A DNA stretch of 64,000 nt from Candidatus Omnitrophota bacterium (GCA_903884815.1 CAISGE010000032.1:69978-133977), one strand, 5' to 3'; positions 1-10,928 are shown, numbered from the stretch's first letter. Notes: a model not told the origin generated them from the sequence alone. Numbers and translations are program-made.

Positions 1-317
1 AGCAAAAGAAGGAGAGGGGCGTATTTAGCGTAAGGAGCTGCTGTCACTGCTGCCTGCGACGCCGTGGATGCGGTCCCTGACGCCATCTGCCCTAAACCGC
101 CCACCACTCCCGTGACGCAACGGGCAGTTCCCGTCAAGGCTCCCCCGACGATGCCGACGGGATTCAGCCCCCCTTGCAACATGGCTTTTGGGATTTCCAG
201 GGGAGCTAACAAGGTTCGGGCGAGTCCGTCTGTGAATCCGGCGTAAATAGGCGGACACGTCAGCAGCAAATAAAAACCAAACAATGCCAAACTAAGGGTT
301 GTTTTTTTGAATTTCAT
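1..317 (-). CDS. Partial hypothetical secreted protein; N-terminal part only, C-terminus lies beyond the window edge
   Basis: The minus-strand reading frame is open from ATG at 317 to the window edge and is absent from the ORF track because it has no stop in the window. It translates as MKFKKTTLSLALFGFYLLLTCPPIYAGF..., a signal-peptide-like N-terminus followed by a Gly/Ala/Thr-rich region. Confidence 0.45.
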   Translation of the reverse strand, partial: MKFKKTTLSLALFGFYLLLTCPPIYAGFTDGLARTLLAPLEIPKAMLQGGLNPVGIVGGALTGTARCVTGVVGGLGQMASGTASTASQAAVTAAPYAKYAPLLLL

Positions 318-394
318 CTTAGACTAGATATCGGCCGCCGTCCCAAATCCTATACGTCATTCTACCGTGTTTATAGGGGGGTGCTTTTTAACTC

Positions 395-754
395 TCACTC
401 CGTTCTTTTGCGTTCGAGGTGAACCCCGACATTCCGTGCATTATTGAGCGCTTTAGGCTTTGAGATCGTGAGCTCCACGCTTTTGAGCGGAAATTCCTTA
501 AGGAGGGTCGAGGTAAGGCGTTCCGCAAGGGTTTCGATCAAATAGAAGCGGCTTTTGGAAACGAACTCCGTCGTGCGGTCCGCGATTTTCTTATAATTGA
601 TGGCATCCCGGAGGTTATCCCGGCTCGCGGCTTTTCGTATGGGAGCGGCGAATTCGAGATCGAGGACGATTTTCTGCTTCACTTTGCGTTCCCGAGGCAG
701 TGTCCCGATGATGCAGCGTACTTCCAGTCCTTCAATGAAGATCTCGTCCGCCAT
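395..754 (-). CDS. folB: Dihydroneopterin aldolase
   Basis: From the internal Met the sequence MADEIFIEGLEVRCIIGTLPRERKVKQKIVLDLEF...SKSRFYLIETLAERL matches the FolB family pattern. The start was chosen at the ATG at 754 rather than the longer upstream ORF. Confidence 0.8.
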   Translation of the reverse strand: MADEIFIEGLEVRCIIGTLPRERKVKQKIVLDLEFAAPIRKAASRDNLRDAINYKKIADRTTEFVSKSRFYLIETLAERLTSTLLKEFPLKSVELTISKPKALNNARNVGVHLERKRTE

Positions 755-858
755 GGGTGTAGTGTACCCTCGCGGGCAACCGATTTCAACTACGCTGGTT
801 GAAAGCGGTCGAAAACAGCCCTCGACGGGGCGGAGGCTTATCCGTAAACTATCGCACC

Positions 859-1917
859 ATGCCGATCCCCACGACGGAAGTATCCACAAAAGTGACGCCC
901 TTATGTCCTCTTTTCGGGACTTGCGGGGGCTGTCAGTATCAGGACGTTTCTTACGAGGAAGAGCTTGTTCGTAAAGAGGCGATCTTGAAAGACCTGCTTA
1001 TGAAGGAAGTCGGACTCGCGGCAGATGTCTTTGAACCGATCTCGTCTTCGCCGGAGTTTTATCATTACCGTCATCGTCTCGACCTGACTCTACGCAAAAG
1101 GAATAACGGCGAGCGGCAGATGGGTTTTATGTTGCCGGGAACCCAACGCCTCCAGGAAGTCACTGTTTGTCCTATCGCCCGTAAGGAGATCAACGATTTT
1201 CTGCCGACGCTCCGAGAGGAGGCGGTTCGCAAACTTCCCGAGGATTATAAAACCGCGAACCTGGTCGTTCGCGTCGGTGATGAAGGGAAGGTTTTTTGGG
1301 GCGGGATTGGCCGGAGGTCACTCCGCATGAAAGAGGAGGATTATCTCTGGACGGTGGTGAAGGGCCGAAAGATCTTTTTCGCGCTCGACACTTTTTTCCA
1401 GGCGAATCTGTCGATCCTCGAGCGCATCGTTGGGAAGATCGAGGGTCTGATCGGGTGGCGCAACGACACGGTCTTTCTGGATCTTTATTCCGGTGTCGGG
1501 CTTTTCGGGATCGCGCTCGCGGATCGCGCGGCGGAAGTCATCATGATCGAATCGGTTTCGGATTCCGTGAAGTTGGCCCATTATAATGTTCGCTATCATG
1601 ATCTGAAACAGGTGAAGATCCTTGAAGGACAAGTTGAGACGCAACTGCCGGAAGTGCTGCATGAGTTGATCGGGAAACCCTGCGTGGCGCTGATCGATCC
1701 GCCGCGGGCGGGGCTAGCGCCTTCTGCGATCGAAACATTGGGTTCTGCCAAGGATCTGCAGTCCCTCTTTTATCTTTCCTGTTCGCCGGAATCGCTTGCC
1801 CGGGATTTGAAGCATCTGGCGCGTGTCGGGTGGCAGGTCCAGAAGATCATGCCTTTCGATTTTTTTCCACGAACGCGGCATTTGGAGACTTTGGTATGGT
1901 TCACCCGTTCGAAGTAG
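859..1917 (+). CDS. Fe-S containing class I SAM-dependent RNA (uracil-5)-methyltransferase, RlmC/RumA family
   Basis: It has an N-terminal Cys cluster CPLFGTCGGCQYQ, an FxxGVGxFG SAM motif (LYSGVGLFG) and the DPPRAGL motif IV typical of m5U methyltransferases. The start was placed at MPIPTTE. Confidence 0.8.
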   Translation: MPIPTTEVSTKVTPLCPLFGTCGGCQYQDVSYEEELVRKEAILKDLLMKEVGLAADVFEPISSSPEFYHYRHRLDLTLRKRNNGERQMGFMLPGTQRLQEVTVCPIARKEINDFLPTLREEAVRKLPEDYKTANLVVRVGDEGKVFWGGIGRRSLRMKEEDYLWTVVKGRKIFFALDTFFQANLSILERIVGKIEGLIGWRNDTVFLDLYSGVGLFGIALADRAAEVIMIESVSDSVKLAHYNVRYHDLKQVKILEGQVETQLPEVLHELIGKPCVALIDPPRAGLAPSAIETLGSAKDLQSLFYLSCSPESLARDLKHLARVGWQVQKIMPFDFFPRTRHLETLVWFTRSK

Positions 1918-2489
1918 AGAAATATTTACCGCTGGTTTTCAGCAAATGTTTCGGGAATACGCATCCCGTCGAATTCGAGATCGGGTGCGGGAAGGGGAAG
2001 TTTCTGGTCCGGCGCGCGATAGAAAACCCCGGAACGAATTTTTTCGGGATCGATCGGGTCAGCAAATTCATGAAGCTGGGGAAGACGCGCGCCGAAAAGC
2101 GGGAGTTGCCGAATATCCGCTTTTTGCGGGCCGAGGCCAAGGCATTCTTGACCGACGCGGTCGCCCTGGGCAGTGTGAGCATTTTCCACATCTACTTCTC
2201 GGACCCTTGGCCCAAGCGCCGCCATCAGACGCGACGCGTTTTTACGGAGGAGTTTCTCCGTTTGCTTCACCCCCGGCTTGTCCCGGGGGGGCTGATCGAG
2301 ATCGCGACGGACGATAAGGACTATTTCGCCGCGATGAAGAAAACCATAGCGGCTACCGCGGAACTCTGGGAGAATGTACGCGAGACGGTCAACGAGAGGA
2401 TATTGGACAGCATGAACAAGACCAGTTATGAGATCAAATGGGCGGCCGAAGGGCGGCATCTTTACTACGCGGAGTTGAAAAAACGATGA
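1896..2489 (+). CDS. trmB: tRNA (guanine46-N7)-methyltransferase
   Basis: The motifs FEIGCGKGKFL, NIRFLRAEA and HIYFSDPWPKRRHQTRR are the TrmB signature. The start at MVHPFEV overlaps the end of the upstream gene. Confidence 0.85.
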   Translation: MVHPFEVEKYLPLVFSKCFGNTHPVEFEIGCGKGKFLVRRAIENPGTNFFGIDRVSKFMKLGKTRAEKRELPNIRFLRAEAKAFLTDAVALGSVSIFHIYFSDPWPKRRHQTRRVFTEEFLRLLHPRLVPGGLIEIATDDKDYFAAMKKTIAATAELWENVRETVNERILDSMNKTSYEIKWAAEGRHLYYAELKKR

Positions 2490-3220
2490 GGATCGCGCAC
2501 GCCTTGGCCAGCGCGGGGCTTGGCTCCCGCAGGAAATGCGAAACCTTTGTCACGAACGGCGCCATTTCCGTGAACGGCGAGGTCATCAAGGACCTGGGCC
2601 GCCAGGTGGACTTTCAAAAAGATACGATCATGTACCGGACCAAAGTCCTTGAGCTGGCGCCGCATATCTATTACCTCCTGAACAAGCCCGAAGGATATGT
2701 CGTGACAGCGCAGGACCTTCATGCCAAGAAAACCGTTTTTGATCTTTTGCCGCGGCATCTTGTGAACGCGACGCGCCAGTCCGGCACGAATCGTGTCCGC
2801 GTGTTTCCCGTCGGGCGTCTTGATAAAGACACCTCCGGCTTGTTGCTTATGACCAATGATGGCGAGCTCGCGAACCGTCTGATCCATCCTCGCTATCACG
2901 TGGAGAAATGGTATCAAGTGAAGCTTCACCGGGCCTGGGATGTGCGGGACCGCCACAAGGTGCTGGAGGGTTTTCATTCCTACGACGGGTTCCTGAAGCT
3001 CGAAGAGATCCGGCCGATCTCCCCGAGGATCGTGATGGTGGAGCTTCGCGAGGGGAGGAAGCGCCAGATCCGGCGGGTGTTCCAGCGTTTTGAATATACG
3101 GTTGTGATGCTTAACCGCTATTCCTTTGGCCCCCTCAAGCTCGGGCATCTCGCGCCGGGACAAGGCCGCTTTCTTACTTCAGTCGAGGCCCGCGAGCTCC
3201 ATAAGGCGGTAGATCTTTAA
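2486..3220 (+). CDS. RNA pseudouridine synthase, RsuA/RluB family, with S4 domain
   Basis: An S4-like N-terminus (MRIAHALASAGLGSRRKCETFV...) is followed by the catalytic VGRLDKDTSGLLLMTNDGELANRL motif. The ATG overlaps the trmB stop. Confidence 0.8.
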   Translation: MRIAHALASAGLGSRRKCETFVTNGAISVNGEVIKDLGRQVDFQKDTIMYRTKVLELAPHIYYLLNKPEGYVVTAQDLHAKKTVFDLLPRHLVNATRQSGTNRVRVFPVGRLDKDTSGLLLMTNDGELANRLIHPRYHVEKWYQVKLHRAWDVRDRHKVLEGFHSYDGFLKLEEIRPISPRIVMVELREGRKRQIRRVFQRFEYTVVMLNRYSFGPLKLGHLAPGQGRFLTSVEARELHKAVDL

Positions 3221-3224
3221 AAAC

Positions 3225-3305
3225 AGCGCAACGCTCAGCGCGCAACGTTAAACCTCAGTGCCGATTCGTTGCGCGTCGCACGTTGCGCGCCCCTGGGTGC
3301 GCAAG
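3225..3305. repeat. Imperfect palindromic element built from GCGCAACG / CGTTGCGC units, between convergent gene ends
   Basis: The stretch reads agcgcaacgctcagcgcgcaacgtt ... cgttgcgcgtcgcacgttgcgcgc, which are direct and inverted copies of an 8-mer. It sits between the convergent 3' ends of the pseudouridine synthase gene and the small minus-strand ORF. Confidence 0.5.
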
Positions 3306-3551
3306 TTACTCCTCAATCGTCTGATCCCAAGGGTGATAAAAAAGGCGCTTCTTGGCGCGCCCATCCTCCATCACGATCACCAGATGATCATCCACCGAAA
3401 ACGCCGGATGCATCCGGATCGCATCCGCCTTCACCCCCTTGTCCTTCAAGAAGTTTAGCAGGAATTCCTGTTCTGGTTCTTTTAGCGTGCATTTGATGTC
3501 CAGAAAATCCCGCACCAGATATTCCCAGGTTTGTTTGCTGGCGAAGCTCAT
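3306..3551 (-). CDS. Hypothetical small protein (81 aa)
   Basis: The ORF is preceded on the minus strand by a strong RBS (AAGGAGG then 7 nt then ATG). I could not assign a family. Confidence 0.55.
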   Translation of the reverse strand: MSFASKQTWEYLVRDFLDIKCTLKEPEQEFLLNFLKDKGVKADAIRMHPAFSVDDHLVIVMEDGRAKKRLFYHPWDQTIEE

Positions 3552-3735
3552 CGCGAAACCTCCTTGTGATTGTCTGTTCGCCCTTAACTCTAGCGGACTG
3601 GCGGGGAGTTCGATAGGGTGAGTGAGCTCACGGCGCGGAAGGTATCTATTATTCGTAGATAAATAAGGAGTTCTTTCGTCTTTGCCGGGAAGCCGCCTTG
3701 TTCTTTCTCTGATAGGCAGAGGTCCGTTAAAATAT

Positions 3736-3764
3736 TTGACAAGACGCGTCGGCTTAGCTATATT
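3736..3764 (+). promoter_or_regulatory. Sigma70-type promoter (TTGACA-N17-TATATT) upstream of the first Rrf2 regulator
   Basis: TTGACA lies at 3736-3741, followed by a 17-nt spacer and TATATT at 3759-3764, about 30 nt upstream of the ATG at 3795. Confidence 0.6.
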
Positions 3765-3794
3765 GATATTATTACTCTATGGGGTTTATAGACT

Positions 3795-4247
3795 ATGATA
3801 TCGAAGAAGACAAAATACGCTCTGAAGGCCGTTCTCATGCTGACGGAAAAGTACGCCTCGCGGGAGCCGGTGCTGATCGCCGAGATCGCGCAGCGGGAAT
3901 CGATCCCCAAGAAGTTCCTGGAGGCCATTCTTCTTGAGCTGAAAAATAAAGGCCTTTTGCAAAGCAAGAAGGGCAAGGGCGGCGGTTATCTTTTGGCCCG
4001 CGCGCCGAACCAGATCAGTTTTGGGGAAGTGATTGGGATCTTCGAAAATCCCTTCAGCGCGCTCCCGTGCCTGGACTCCCGGGCGCATCGGCGTTGCGGC
4101 GAGTGTAAAAAAGGGAGTGCCTGCGGGATCCAGATCGTGATGCAGGAAGTCCACCGGACCACGTCGAGCATTCTGAACGTGACGTCACTCCAGGATGTTC
4201 ATGAGCGAATGCGACATACGAACCAGGAATCCATGTATTTCATCTAA
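3795..4247 (+). CDS. Rrf2-family transcriptional regulator (CymR/IscR-like, with 3 clustered Cys)
   Basis: The N-terminal wHTH sequence MISKKTKYALKAVLMLTEKYASREPVLIAEIAQRESIPKKFLEAILLELKNKGLLQSKKGKGGGYLLAR is typical of Rrf2. A downstream Cys cluster is present. It sits directly upstream of metY. Confidence 0.85.
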   Translation: MISKKTKYALKAVLMLTEKYASREPVLIAEIAQRESIPKKFLEAILLELKNKGLLQSKKGKGGGYLLARAPNQISFGEVIGIFENPFSALPCLDSRAHRRCGECKKGSACGIQIVMQEVHRTTSSILNVTSLQDVHERMRHTNQESMYFI

Positions 4248-5567
<1,320 letters not shown>

Positions 5568-5580
5568 AAAGGGGACTCAA

Positions 5581-6516
5581 ATGGCCAGAATATTCAAAGA
5601 TATCACTCAGACAGTAGGGAATACGCCGCTCGTTCGCCTGAACCGCTTAACGAAAGGTCTGGACGCGACGGTGCTGGTGAAACTAGAGACCGCGAATCCT
5701 CTTTCAAGCGTCAAGGACAGGATCGGAGTCGCCATGATCGATGCCGGAGAACGGGCCGGGAAGATCAAGCCGGGCAGTGTAATCGTGGAGCCGACGAGCG
5801 GGAACACGGGGATCGCGCTCGCGTTCGTGGCCGCGGCGCGCGGTTACCGGCTGATCCTGACGATGCCCGAGACCATGAGTGTCGAGCGGCGCCAGCTTCT
5901 CAAGATCCTTGGCGCGGAACTGGTGCTTACCGAAGGGCCCAAGGGGATGCGCGGGGCTGTGGAGAAAGCCGAAGAGATCGCGAAGAATACGCCGAACAGT
6001 TTTCTCACGCAGCAATTCAATAATCCTGCGAATGCCGAGATCCACCGGAAGACCACGGCTGAAGAGATATGGAAAGATACGGACGGGGCTGTGGATATCT
6101 TTGTCGCGGGTATCGGAACTGGCGGGACGATCACCGGTGTCGGAGAAGTGCTGAAACAAAAGAAACCTTCTGTTAGAATAATCGCCGTGGAACCGGTCGA
6201 TTCTCCCGTTCTGTCAGGCGGGAAGCCGGGGCCGCACAAGATACAGGGGATCGGGGCCGGTTTTATTCCGGGGGTCCTAAACACCAAGGTTTATGACGAG
6301 ATTCTCAAGATCCGCCATGAGGACGCGGGGGAGATCGCCCGGCAGCTCGCGAAACAGGAAGGTATTCTTGCCGGAATTTCCGCAGGCGGCAATGTCTGGG
6401 CTGCCTTAGAAGTGGCCAAGCGGCCGGAATCAAAAGGAAAAACGATCGTGACCGTGATCTGTGACACAGGCGAACGGTATCTCTCAACATGGCTTTTCCA
6501 GGAGTATGCGGGATGA
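5581..6516 (+). CDS. cysK: Cysteine synthase A (O-acetylserine sulfhydrylase)
   Basis: The motifs [16 protein letters not shown] and [12 protein letters not shown] are the CysK/PALP family signature. Confidence 0.9.
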   Translation: MARIFKDITQTVGNTPLVRLNRLTKGLDATVLVKLETANPLSSVKDRIGVAMIDAGERAGKIKPGSVIVEPTSGNTGIALAFVAAARGYRLILTMPETMSVERRQLLKILGAELVLTEGPKGMRGAVEKAEEIAKNTPNSFLTQQFNNPANAEIHRKTTAEEIWKDTDGAVDIFVAGIGTGGTITGVGEVLKQKKPSVRIIAVEPVDSPVLSGGKPGPHKIQGIGAGFIPGVLNTKVYDEILKIRHEDAGEIARQLAKQEGILAGISAGGNVWAALEVAKRPESKGKTIVTVICDTGERYLSTWLFQEYAG

Positions 6517-7634
6517 CATCTAAAAGCATCGGGCTCGTAGAAACAAAATATTTTACGTTCGCGGAATCCGGCAGCGAGTTCAAGCTCGAGTCCGGGCGTA
6601 CGCTTGGTCCCATCACGCTTGCCTATGAAACCTACGGCCAGCTGAACGCCGACAAGTCAAATGCCATTCTCGTGATGCACGCTTTTTCGGGAGACGCCCA
6701 CGCCGCGGGTCTTCATGCCGGCGACAAGCATTCCGGATGGTGGGATTTCATGATCGGGCCCGGAAGGGGTCTTGATACCGAAAAATATTTTATGATCTGC
6801 GTTAATGTGATCGGTGGATGCAAGGGGAGCACAGGTCCGTCCTCGATCAATCCCGAAACGGGGAAACCCTACGGTATTGATTTCCCGCTCATCACGATCG
6901 GGGACATGGTCCGGACCCAGAAGCATTTGATCGATCATCTCGGGATCAAGAAGCTTTACGGAGTGATCGGCGGTTCGATGGGAGGGATGCTCGCGCTCCA
7001 GTGGGTCGCCTCTTTTCCGCAAAGCGTCGAGTGCGTGATCCCGATCGCAACGACTTTGAAGCATTCGCCGCAGCAGATCGCTTTCAATGAGGTCGGCCGG
7101 CAGGCCATCATGGCGGATCTCGCCTGGAACGGCGGAAATTATTATGGCGGACCGGCGCCTGAAAAGGGCCTGGCGGTCGCTCGGATGCTCGGACACATCA
7201 CGTTCATGAGCAATGAATCGATGGAGAAGAAATTCTCGCGGCGTCTCAAGGATGACAATTCGGGTTTTAATTTCTCCGCGGATTTTGAGGTCGAAGGTTA
7301 TCTCCAGTATCGGGGGATGAGTTTCACGAAGCGTTTTGACGCGAACACGTATCTTTACATCACCAAGGCGATGGACTACTTCGATCTTTCGGACGGGAAA
7401 TGGATTCCGAAAGAAGAGCTGCCTGGCGTTCGCTTTTTGGTGATCGCATTTAAGTCCGACTGGCTCTATCCGTCCGCCCAGTCTCAGGAAATGGTGAAGC
7501 AGCTGACGATGCGGCATATCGACGCGACTTACTGTGAGAGCGATTCCACCTACGGCCACGATACTTTTCTGATCGAGAGTGAGGCCGGCAAACAGTCGCA
7601 TCTCATCAAACATTTTCTCGCGAAGAGAAAATAG
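6513..7634 (+). CDS. metX: Homoserine O-acetyltransferase
   Basis: An alpha/beta-hydrolase of the MetX type ([15 protein letters not shown]...[12 protein letters not shown]) whose ATG overlaps the cysK stop (ATGA). Confidence 0.9.
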   Translation: MTSKSIGLVETKYFTFAESGSEFKLESGRTLGPITLAYETYGQLNADKSNAILVMHAFSGDAHAAGLHAGDKHSGWWDFMIGPGRGLDTEKYFMICVNVIGGCKGSTGPSSINPETGKPYGIDFPLITIGDMVRTQKHLIDHLGIKKLYGVIGGSMGGMLALQWVASFPQSVECVIPIATTLKHSPQQIAFNEVGRQAIMADLAWNGGNYYGGPAPEKGLAVARMLGHITFMSNESMEKKFSRRLKDDNSGFNFSADFEVEGYLQYRGMSFTKRFDANTYLYITKAMDYFDLSDGKWIPKEELPGVRFLVIAFKSDWLYPSAQSQEMVKQLTMRHIDATYCESDSTYGHDTFLIESEAGKQSHLIKHFLAKRK

Positions 7635-7696
7635 GCGCTTTTTTCTTGAAATAGCATTACCAACGGCTTACCATTTCGATTCAAAGAGGAGCGGTG

Positions 7697-8290
7697 ATGA
7701 CACAGCTGATAAAGCGGGTGGATCACAAGATCATTTACGATCTTATCGATGACGGCTCCAAAGTCCTGGATCTGGGGTGTGGAACCGGGGATCTTCTGGA
7801 TCTTCTTGTGAAGGGCAAGGGTGTCAAGGGGCAGGGGGTCGAACTCAACAACGACGCGATCCATGTCTGCGTGGAAAAAGGCCTGAGCGTCTTTCACAGT
7901 GATATCGACAGCGGACTGCCTTACTACCCGGATCAATCCTTTGACTACGTTATCCTCAACCAGTCCCTTCAGGAAGTCAAAAAGATCGACACTGTGATCG
8001 CGGAAGCCCTTCGGGTTGGGAAGAAGGCGATCATTGGATTTCCTAATTTCGCCCACCTGCATGATCGCCTCCAGCTTTGCTTTGGAGGACGGGCCCCTGT
8101 CAGCTCTTCGCTGCCTTACGAGTGGCACAGTACGCCGAATCTGCGTTTTCTCTCCATTAAGGATTTCCGAAATTACTGTGCCCGGAAAAGTTACAAGGTC
8201 CTGGCCGCGCAATATCTGGACGATCAGGGGCCGGTTCGCGTTCTTCCCAATCTCTTCGCCCAACTCGCCATTTTCGTTATTACAAAATAA
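7697..8290 (+). CDS. metW: Methionine biosynthesis protein MetW
   Basis: A methyltransferase-like fold (VLDLGCGTGDLL) with the MetW-typical length, placed immediately after metX. Confidence 0.85.
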   Translation: MTQLIKRVDHKIIYDLIDDGSKVLDLGCGTGDLLDLLVKGKGVKGQGVELNNDAIHVCVEKGLSVFHSDIDSGLPYYPDQSFDYVILNQSLQEVKKIDTVIAEALRVGKKAIIGFPNFAHLHDRLQLCFGGRAPVSSSLPYEWHSTPNLRFLSIKDFRNYCARKSYKVLAAQYLDDQGPVRVLPNLFAQLAIFVITK

Positions 8291-8335
8291 AATAAGGTCT
8301 CACTCCTCGGGACTCATTCCCCACGGGGAATCTCT

Positions 8336-9106
8336 ATGGCTGATTCTAAAGACCACGCACACAAGCAAAAGATCCTCGAGCAATTCTCCAAGCAGGCCAT
8401 ACCGTTCTCGAAGGTGCCGGGACACCGGGATTCTATGGAGCTCCTGATCCGGATGTCCGGTGTCTCTTCGTCCGATACGGTCCTGGATGTCGCCTGCGGT
8501 CCCGGCCTGGTGGCCTGTGAATTCGCGAAGGTCGCGAGCCATGTGACTGGGATCGACATCACGGCGAAGATGATCGAGCAGGCCCAGCGGCTTCAGGTGG
8601 AAAAACAGCTTGCGAATGTAGATTGGAGGATCGGGGATATTTTGCCTCTGCCTTATGCGGACCATCATTTTTCCACCGTACTAACGCGGTACAGTTTTCA
8701 CCATTTCCTGAAGCCCGAGGCTGTCTTGGCGGAAATGATGAGGGTCTGCAAGCCCGGAGGGAAAGTTTTGGTGGCAGATGTGGCTTTGCCTCCCGAAAAA
8801 ACAGCCGCCTATGATCGCTTGGAAAAACTCCGTGATCCTTCTCACACGCATGCTCTGACCCTTCCGGAGTTCGAGGCGCTCTTCGCGAGAAGCGGTTTGA
8901 CCGGTATCCGGAAAGATTTCTACAAGGTTGAGTTGGAGCTGGAGCAGCAGTTAAAAGCTTCTTTTCCGGAACCCGGTGATGAGAAAAAGATCCGGGACCT
9001 CTTCAGATCCGATCTGTGTGAGAATAAACTCGGGGTTGAGGCTCATCTCGAGGGGGATGCAGTCCATTATTCGGTTCCGATTGCGGTCTATGTTGGACAG
9101 AAATAA
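8336..9106 (+). CDS. Class I SAM-dependent methyltransferase (UbiE/type-11-like)
   Basis: A VLDVACGPGLVA motif I and a downstream CKPGGKVLVADV motif are present. It is the last gene of the met operon. Confidence 0.75.
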   Translation: MADSKDHAHKQKILEQFSKQAIPFSKVPGHRDSMELLIRMSGVSSSDTVLDVACGPGLVACEFAKVASHVTGIDITAKMIEQAQRLQVEKQLANVDWRIGDILPLPYADHHFSTVLTRYSFHHFLKPEAVLAEMMRVCKPGGKVLVADVALPPEKTAAYDRLEKLRDPSHTHALTLPEFEALFARSGLTGIRKDFYKVELELEQQLKASFPEPGDEKKIRDLFRSDLCENKLGVEAHLEGDAVHYSVPIAVYVGQK

Positions 9107-9108
9107 AA

Positions 9109-9151
9109 AAGGGGACAGGCTACTTTTTATAGAAAAATAGCCTGTCCCCTT
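9109..9151. terminator. Bidirectional intrinsic terminator between convergent genes
   Basis: A perfect 14-bp stem (aaggggacaggcta / tagcctgtcccctt) is flanked by an A-run on one side and a T-run on the other. Confidence 0.7.
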
Positions 9152-9163
9152 AAATAGTTACTT

Positions 9164-10303
9164 TTACTTTCCGAGAGCTTTTTTTAAATCCTCGATCAGA
9201 TCTTCCGTCCCTTCGATGCCGGTGGAGATGCGGATGGTTTCCTGCGTGATCCCCGAAGCCTTCAATCCTTCCGGCCCCATCGAGGCATGGCTCATGCTCC
9301 ACGGATGTTCAATGAGCGACTCCACGCCGCCTAAGGATTCCGCAAGTTGGAAAAGCTTCAGTTTCTTGAAGAATTCCTTGAGCGGGACTTTTTTCGTATC
9401 CAGTTCAAAGGCCAGCATGCCGCCGGCGCCCTTCATCTGTTTCTTGATCAGAGCCTGCTGCGGGTGACTTTCAAGGCCCGTGTAATGGACTTGCTTGACG
9501 GCGGGATGTCCTTCGAGGAATGACGCGATCTTTCCGGCGTTCCTCTGATGCGCCTCCATGCGATAGGGCAGGGTCTTGATCCCGCGAAGCACGAGCCACG
9601 CGTCATAAGGGGACTGGCTTACGCCGAGTCCGTTCACAAAAAAACGGATCTTCTCGCCGATCGATTCGCTTTTATAAACGACAGCGCCGCCGACGACATC
9701 GCTGTGTCCGTTCAGGTATTTGGTGGTGGAATGAACCACAATGTCCGCGCCGAATTCGAACGGCCTCTGGAGATAAGGGGACAGAAAAGTATTGTCTACG
9801 ACGGTCATCAGTTTTTTCTTCCGGGCCAGTCCGATCACGGCTTCCAGGTCGACGATGTGGAGCAGGGGGTTGGACGGCGTCTCGATCCAGATCATCCGGG
9901 TCTTTGGCTGGATCGCCTTCCGGATGGCTTTCAGATCCATCATGTTGATAAAGGAAAAGGTGATCCCGCGCTTCGCGAAGACATCCTTGAACAGGCGATA
10001 GGTTCCGCCGTAGATGTCATTTCCGGTGACCACATGAGCGCCCGGTTCCAGGAGGAAGAGGACAGTCGTGATGGCGGCCATGCCGGTCGCTGTAGCGGAG
10101 GCTCCGATCCCGCCTTCCAGTGCCGCGATGTTTTCTTCGAGGGCCGCGCGCGTTGGGTTGCCGCTCCGGGTGTAGTCATAGCCCTTGGTCTTTCCGAGCT
10201 CTTCGAACCGGAAGGTGGAGCTGGGGTAAATGGGAGTAATGACGGAATTGTACTGGGAATCTTTGGCAGTCCCCGCGAGGACGGCTTTGGTCCGTATATC
10301 CAT
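9164..10303 (-). CDS. Cystathionine gamma-synthase / beta-lyase family PLP enzyme (trans-sulfuration)
   Basis: The sequence MDIRTKAVLAGTAKDSQ...YTRSGNPTRAALEENIAALEGG... shows the Cys/Met-metabolism PLP fold. The start was taken at the internal ATG (10303), which has an AGGAG RBS. Confidence 0.8.
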   Translation of the reverse strand: MDIRTKAVLAGTAKDSQYNSVITPIYPSSTFRFEELGKTKGYDYTRSGNPTRAALEENIAALEGGIGASATATGMAAITTVLFLLEPGAHVVTGNDIYGGTYRLFKDVFAKRGITFSFINMMDLKAIRKAIQPKTRMIWIETPSNPLLHIVDLEAVIGLARKKKLMTVVDNTFLSPYLQRPFEFGADIVVHSTTKYLNGHSDVVGGAVVYKSESIGEKIRFFVNGLGVSQSPYDAWLVLRGIKTLPYRMEAHQRNAGKIASFLEGHPAVKQVHYTGLESHPQQALIKKQMKGAGGMLAFELDTKKVPLKEFFKKLKLFQLAESLGGVESLIEHPWSMSHASMGPEGLKASGITQETIRISTGIEGTEDLIEDLKKALGK

Positions 10304-10405
10304 GAGCTCCTTTCGGAAGCTTGTCTTTGAGTTGAATGAGGCGGGTATGCTAGCGCATCTTTTTGCCCCTTGCGAATGAAAAGATTCTACCATGAAAATA
10401 AATAC

Positions 10406-10434
10406 TTGACAAACTTAATCAAGTAAGTTATATA
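10406..10434 (+). promoter_or_regulatory. Sigma70-type promoter (TTGACA-N17-TATATA) with an embedded inverted repeat, upstream of the second Rrf2 regulator and the sulfate operon
   Basis: TTGACA lies at 10406-10411, followed by a 17-nt spacer and TATATA at 10429-10434. The spacer contains acttga...tcaagt. The -35 context AAATAYTTGACAA is shared with the 3736 promoter. Confidence 0.6.
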
Positions 10435-10465
10435 TTAGGCATTAAGTAAAATTCAAGAGGGGAAT

Positions 10466-10894
10466 ATGAAGCTACCTGCAAAAATAGAATATGCGGTGAA
10501 GGCAGTCCTGGAGCTTGCGCTGCGCAGTGAAGACGGCAAGCCGGTGCCGTTGGAACTGATCGCGCGTACGCAGCAGATCCCGGCGCAATTCCTGGTGCAG
10601 CTCCTTTCGCGTCTCAAGCACGCGGGATTGGTGGATACGGTGCGCGGCGTGACGGGAGGCTATGCTCTTGCCAAGCATCCTTCGCAGATCACACTCGCGG
10701 AAGTGTTTAGCGCCGTCGACAGTCACATTCTCGAATTTCCAAAACCTTACTCCAGGAAAGGCGAGTCCGAAGCGGGCTCCCTTTTCGCCGGTATCTGGAC
10801 CGACATTAGCTGTACCCTGAGAAAACAATTGGAAGTCACGCTGGAAGAACTTATGGCGCGGCTTCACGCGGGTCAATTAACTTATCAGATCTGA
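10466..10894 (+). CDS. Rrf2-family transcriptional regulator
   Basis: The sequence MKLPAKIEYAVKAVLELALRSEDGKPVPLELIARTQQIPAQFLVQLLSRLKHAGLVDTVRGVTGGYALAK is an Rrf2 wHTH. It is the first gene of the sulfate-assimilation array. Confidence 0.85.
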   Translation: MKLPAKIEYAVKAVLELALRSEDGKPVPLELIARTQQIPAQFLVQLLSRLKHAGLVDTVRGVTGGYALAKHPSQITLAEVFSAVDSHILEFPKPYSRKGESEAGSLFAGIWTDISCTLRKQLEVTLEELMARLHAGQLTYQI

Positions 10895-10928
10895 GTCCCT
10901 TTCGGGTCCGGATTCTCAGGGAGAAAAA

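Noticed and set aside
25-258. Two small ORFs (77 aa on the minus strand, 60 aa on the plus strand) at the window start.
   Set aside because: Both are in a different frame from, and overlap, a more convincing minus-strand frame (1-317) that has a signal-peptide-like N-terminus. Their composition is Arg/Pro-rich.
3225-3305. A CRISPR array, suggested by the repeated GCGCAACG units (also at 26170-26250).
   Set aside because: The repeats are 8-mers in mixed orientation with no regular repeat-spacer periodicity and no cas genes nearby. They fit a REP-like palindromic element instead.
3552-3794. A SAM (S-box) riboswitch or T-box upstream of the met operon.
   Set aside because: No S-box or T-box conserved helices or specifier/antiterminator motifs were recognisable. 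Regulation appears to be protein-based (Rrf2) with a consensus promoter.
6657-8263. Minus-strand ORFs (318 aa and 237 aa) overlapping metX and metW.
   Set aside because: They are antisense shadows of well-supported + strand genes. They have no RBS and an odd composition.
9164-10393. The longer 409-aa form of the trans-sulfuration PLP enzyme, starting at 10393.
   Set aside because: The internal ATG at 10303 has an AGGAG RBS and yields the canonical N-terminus. The extra 30 residues are Ser/Phe-rich and overlap the divergent promoter region.
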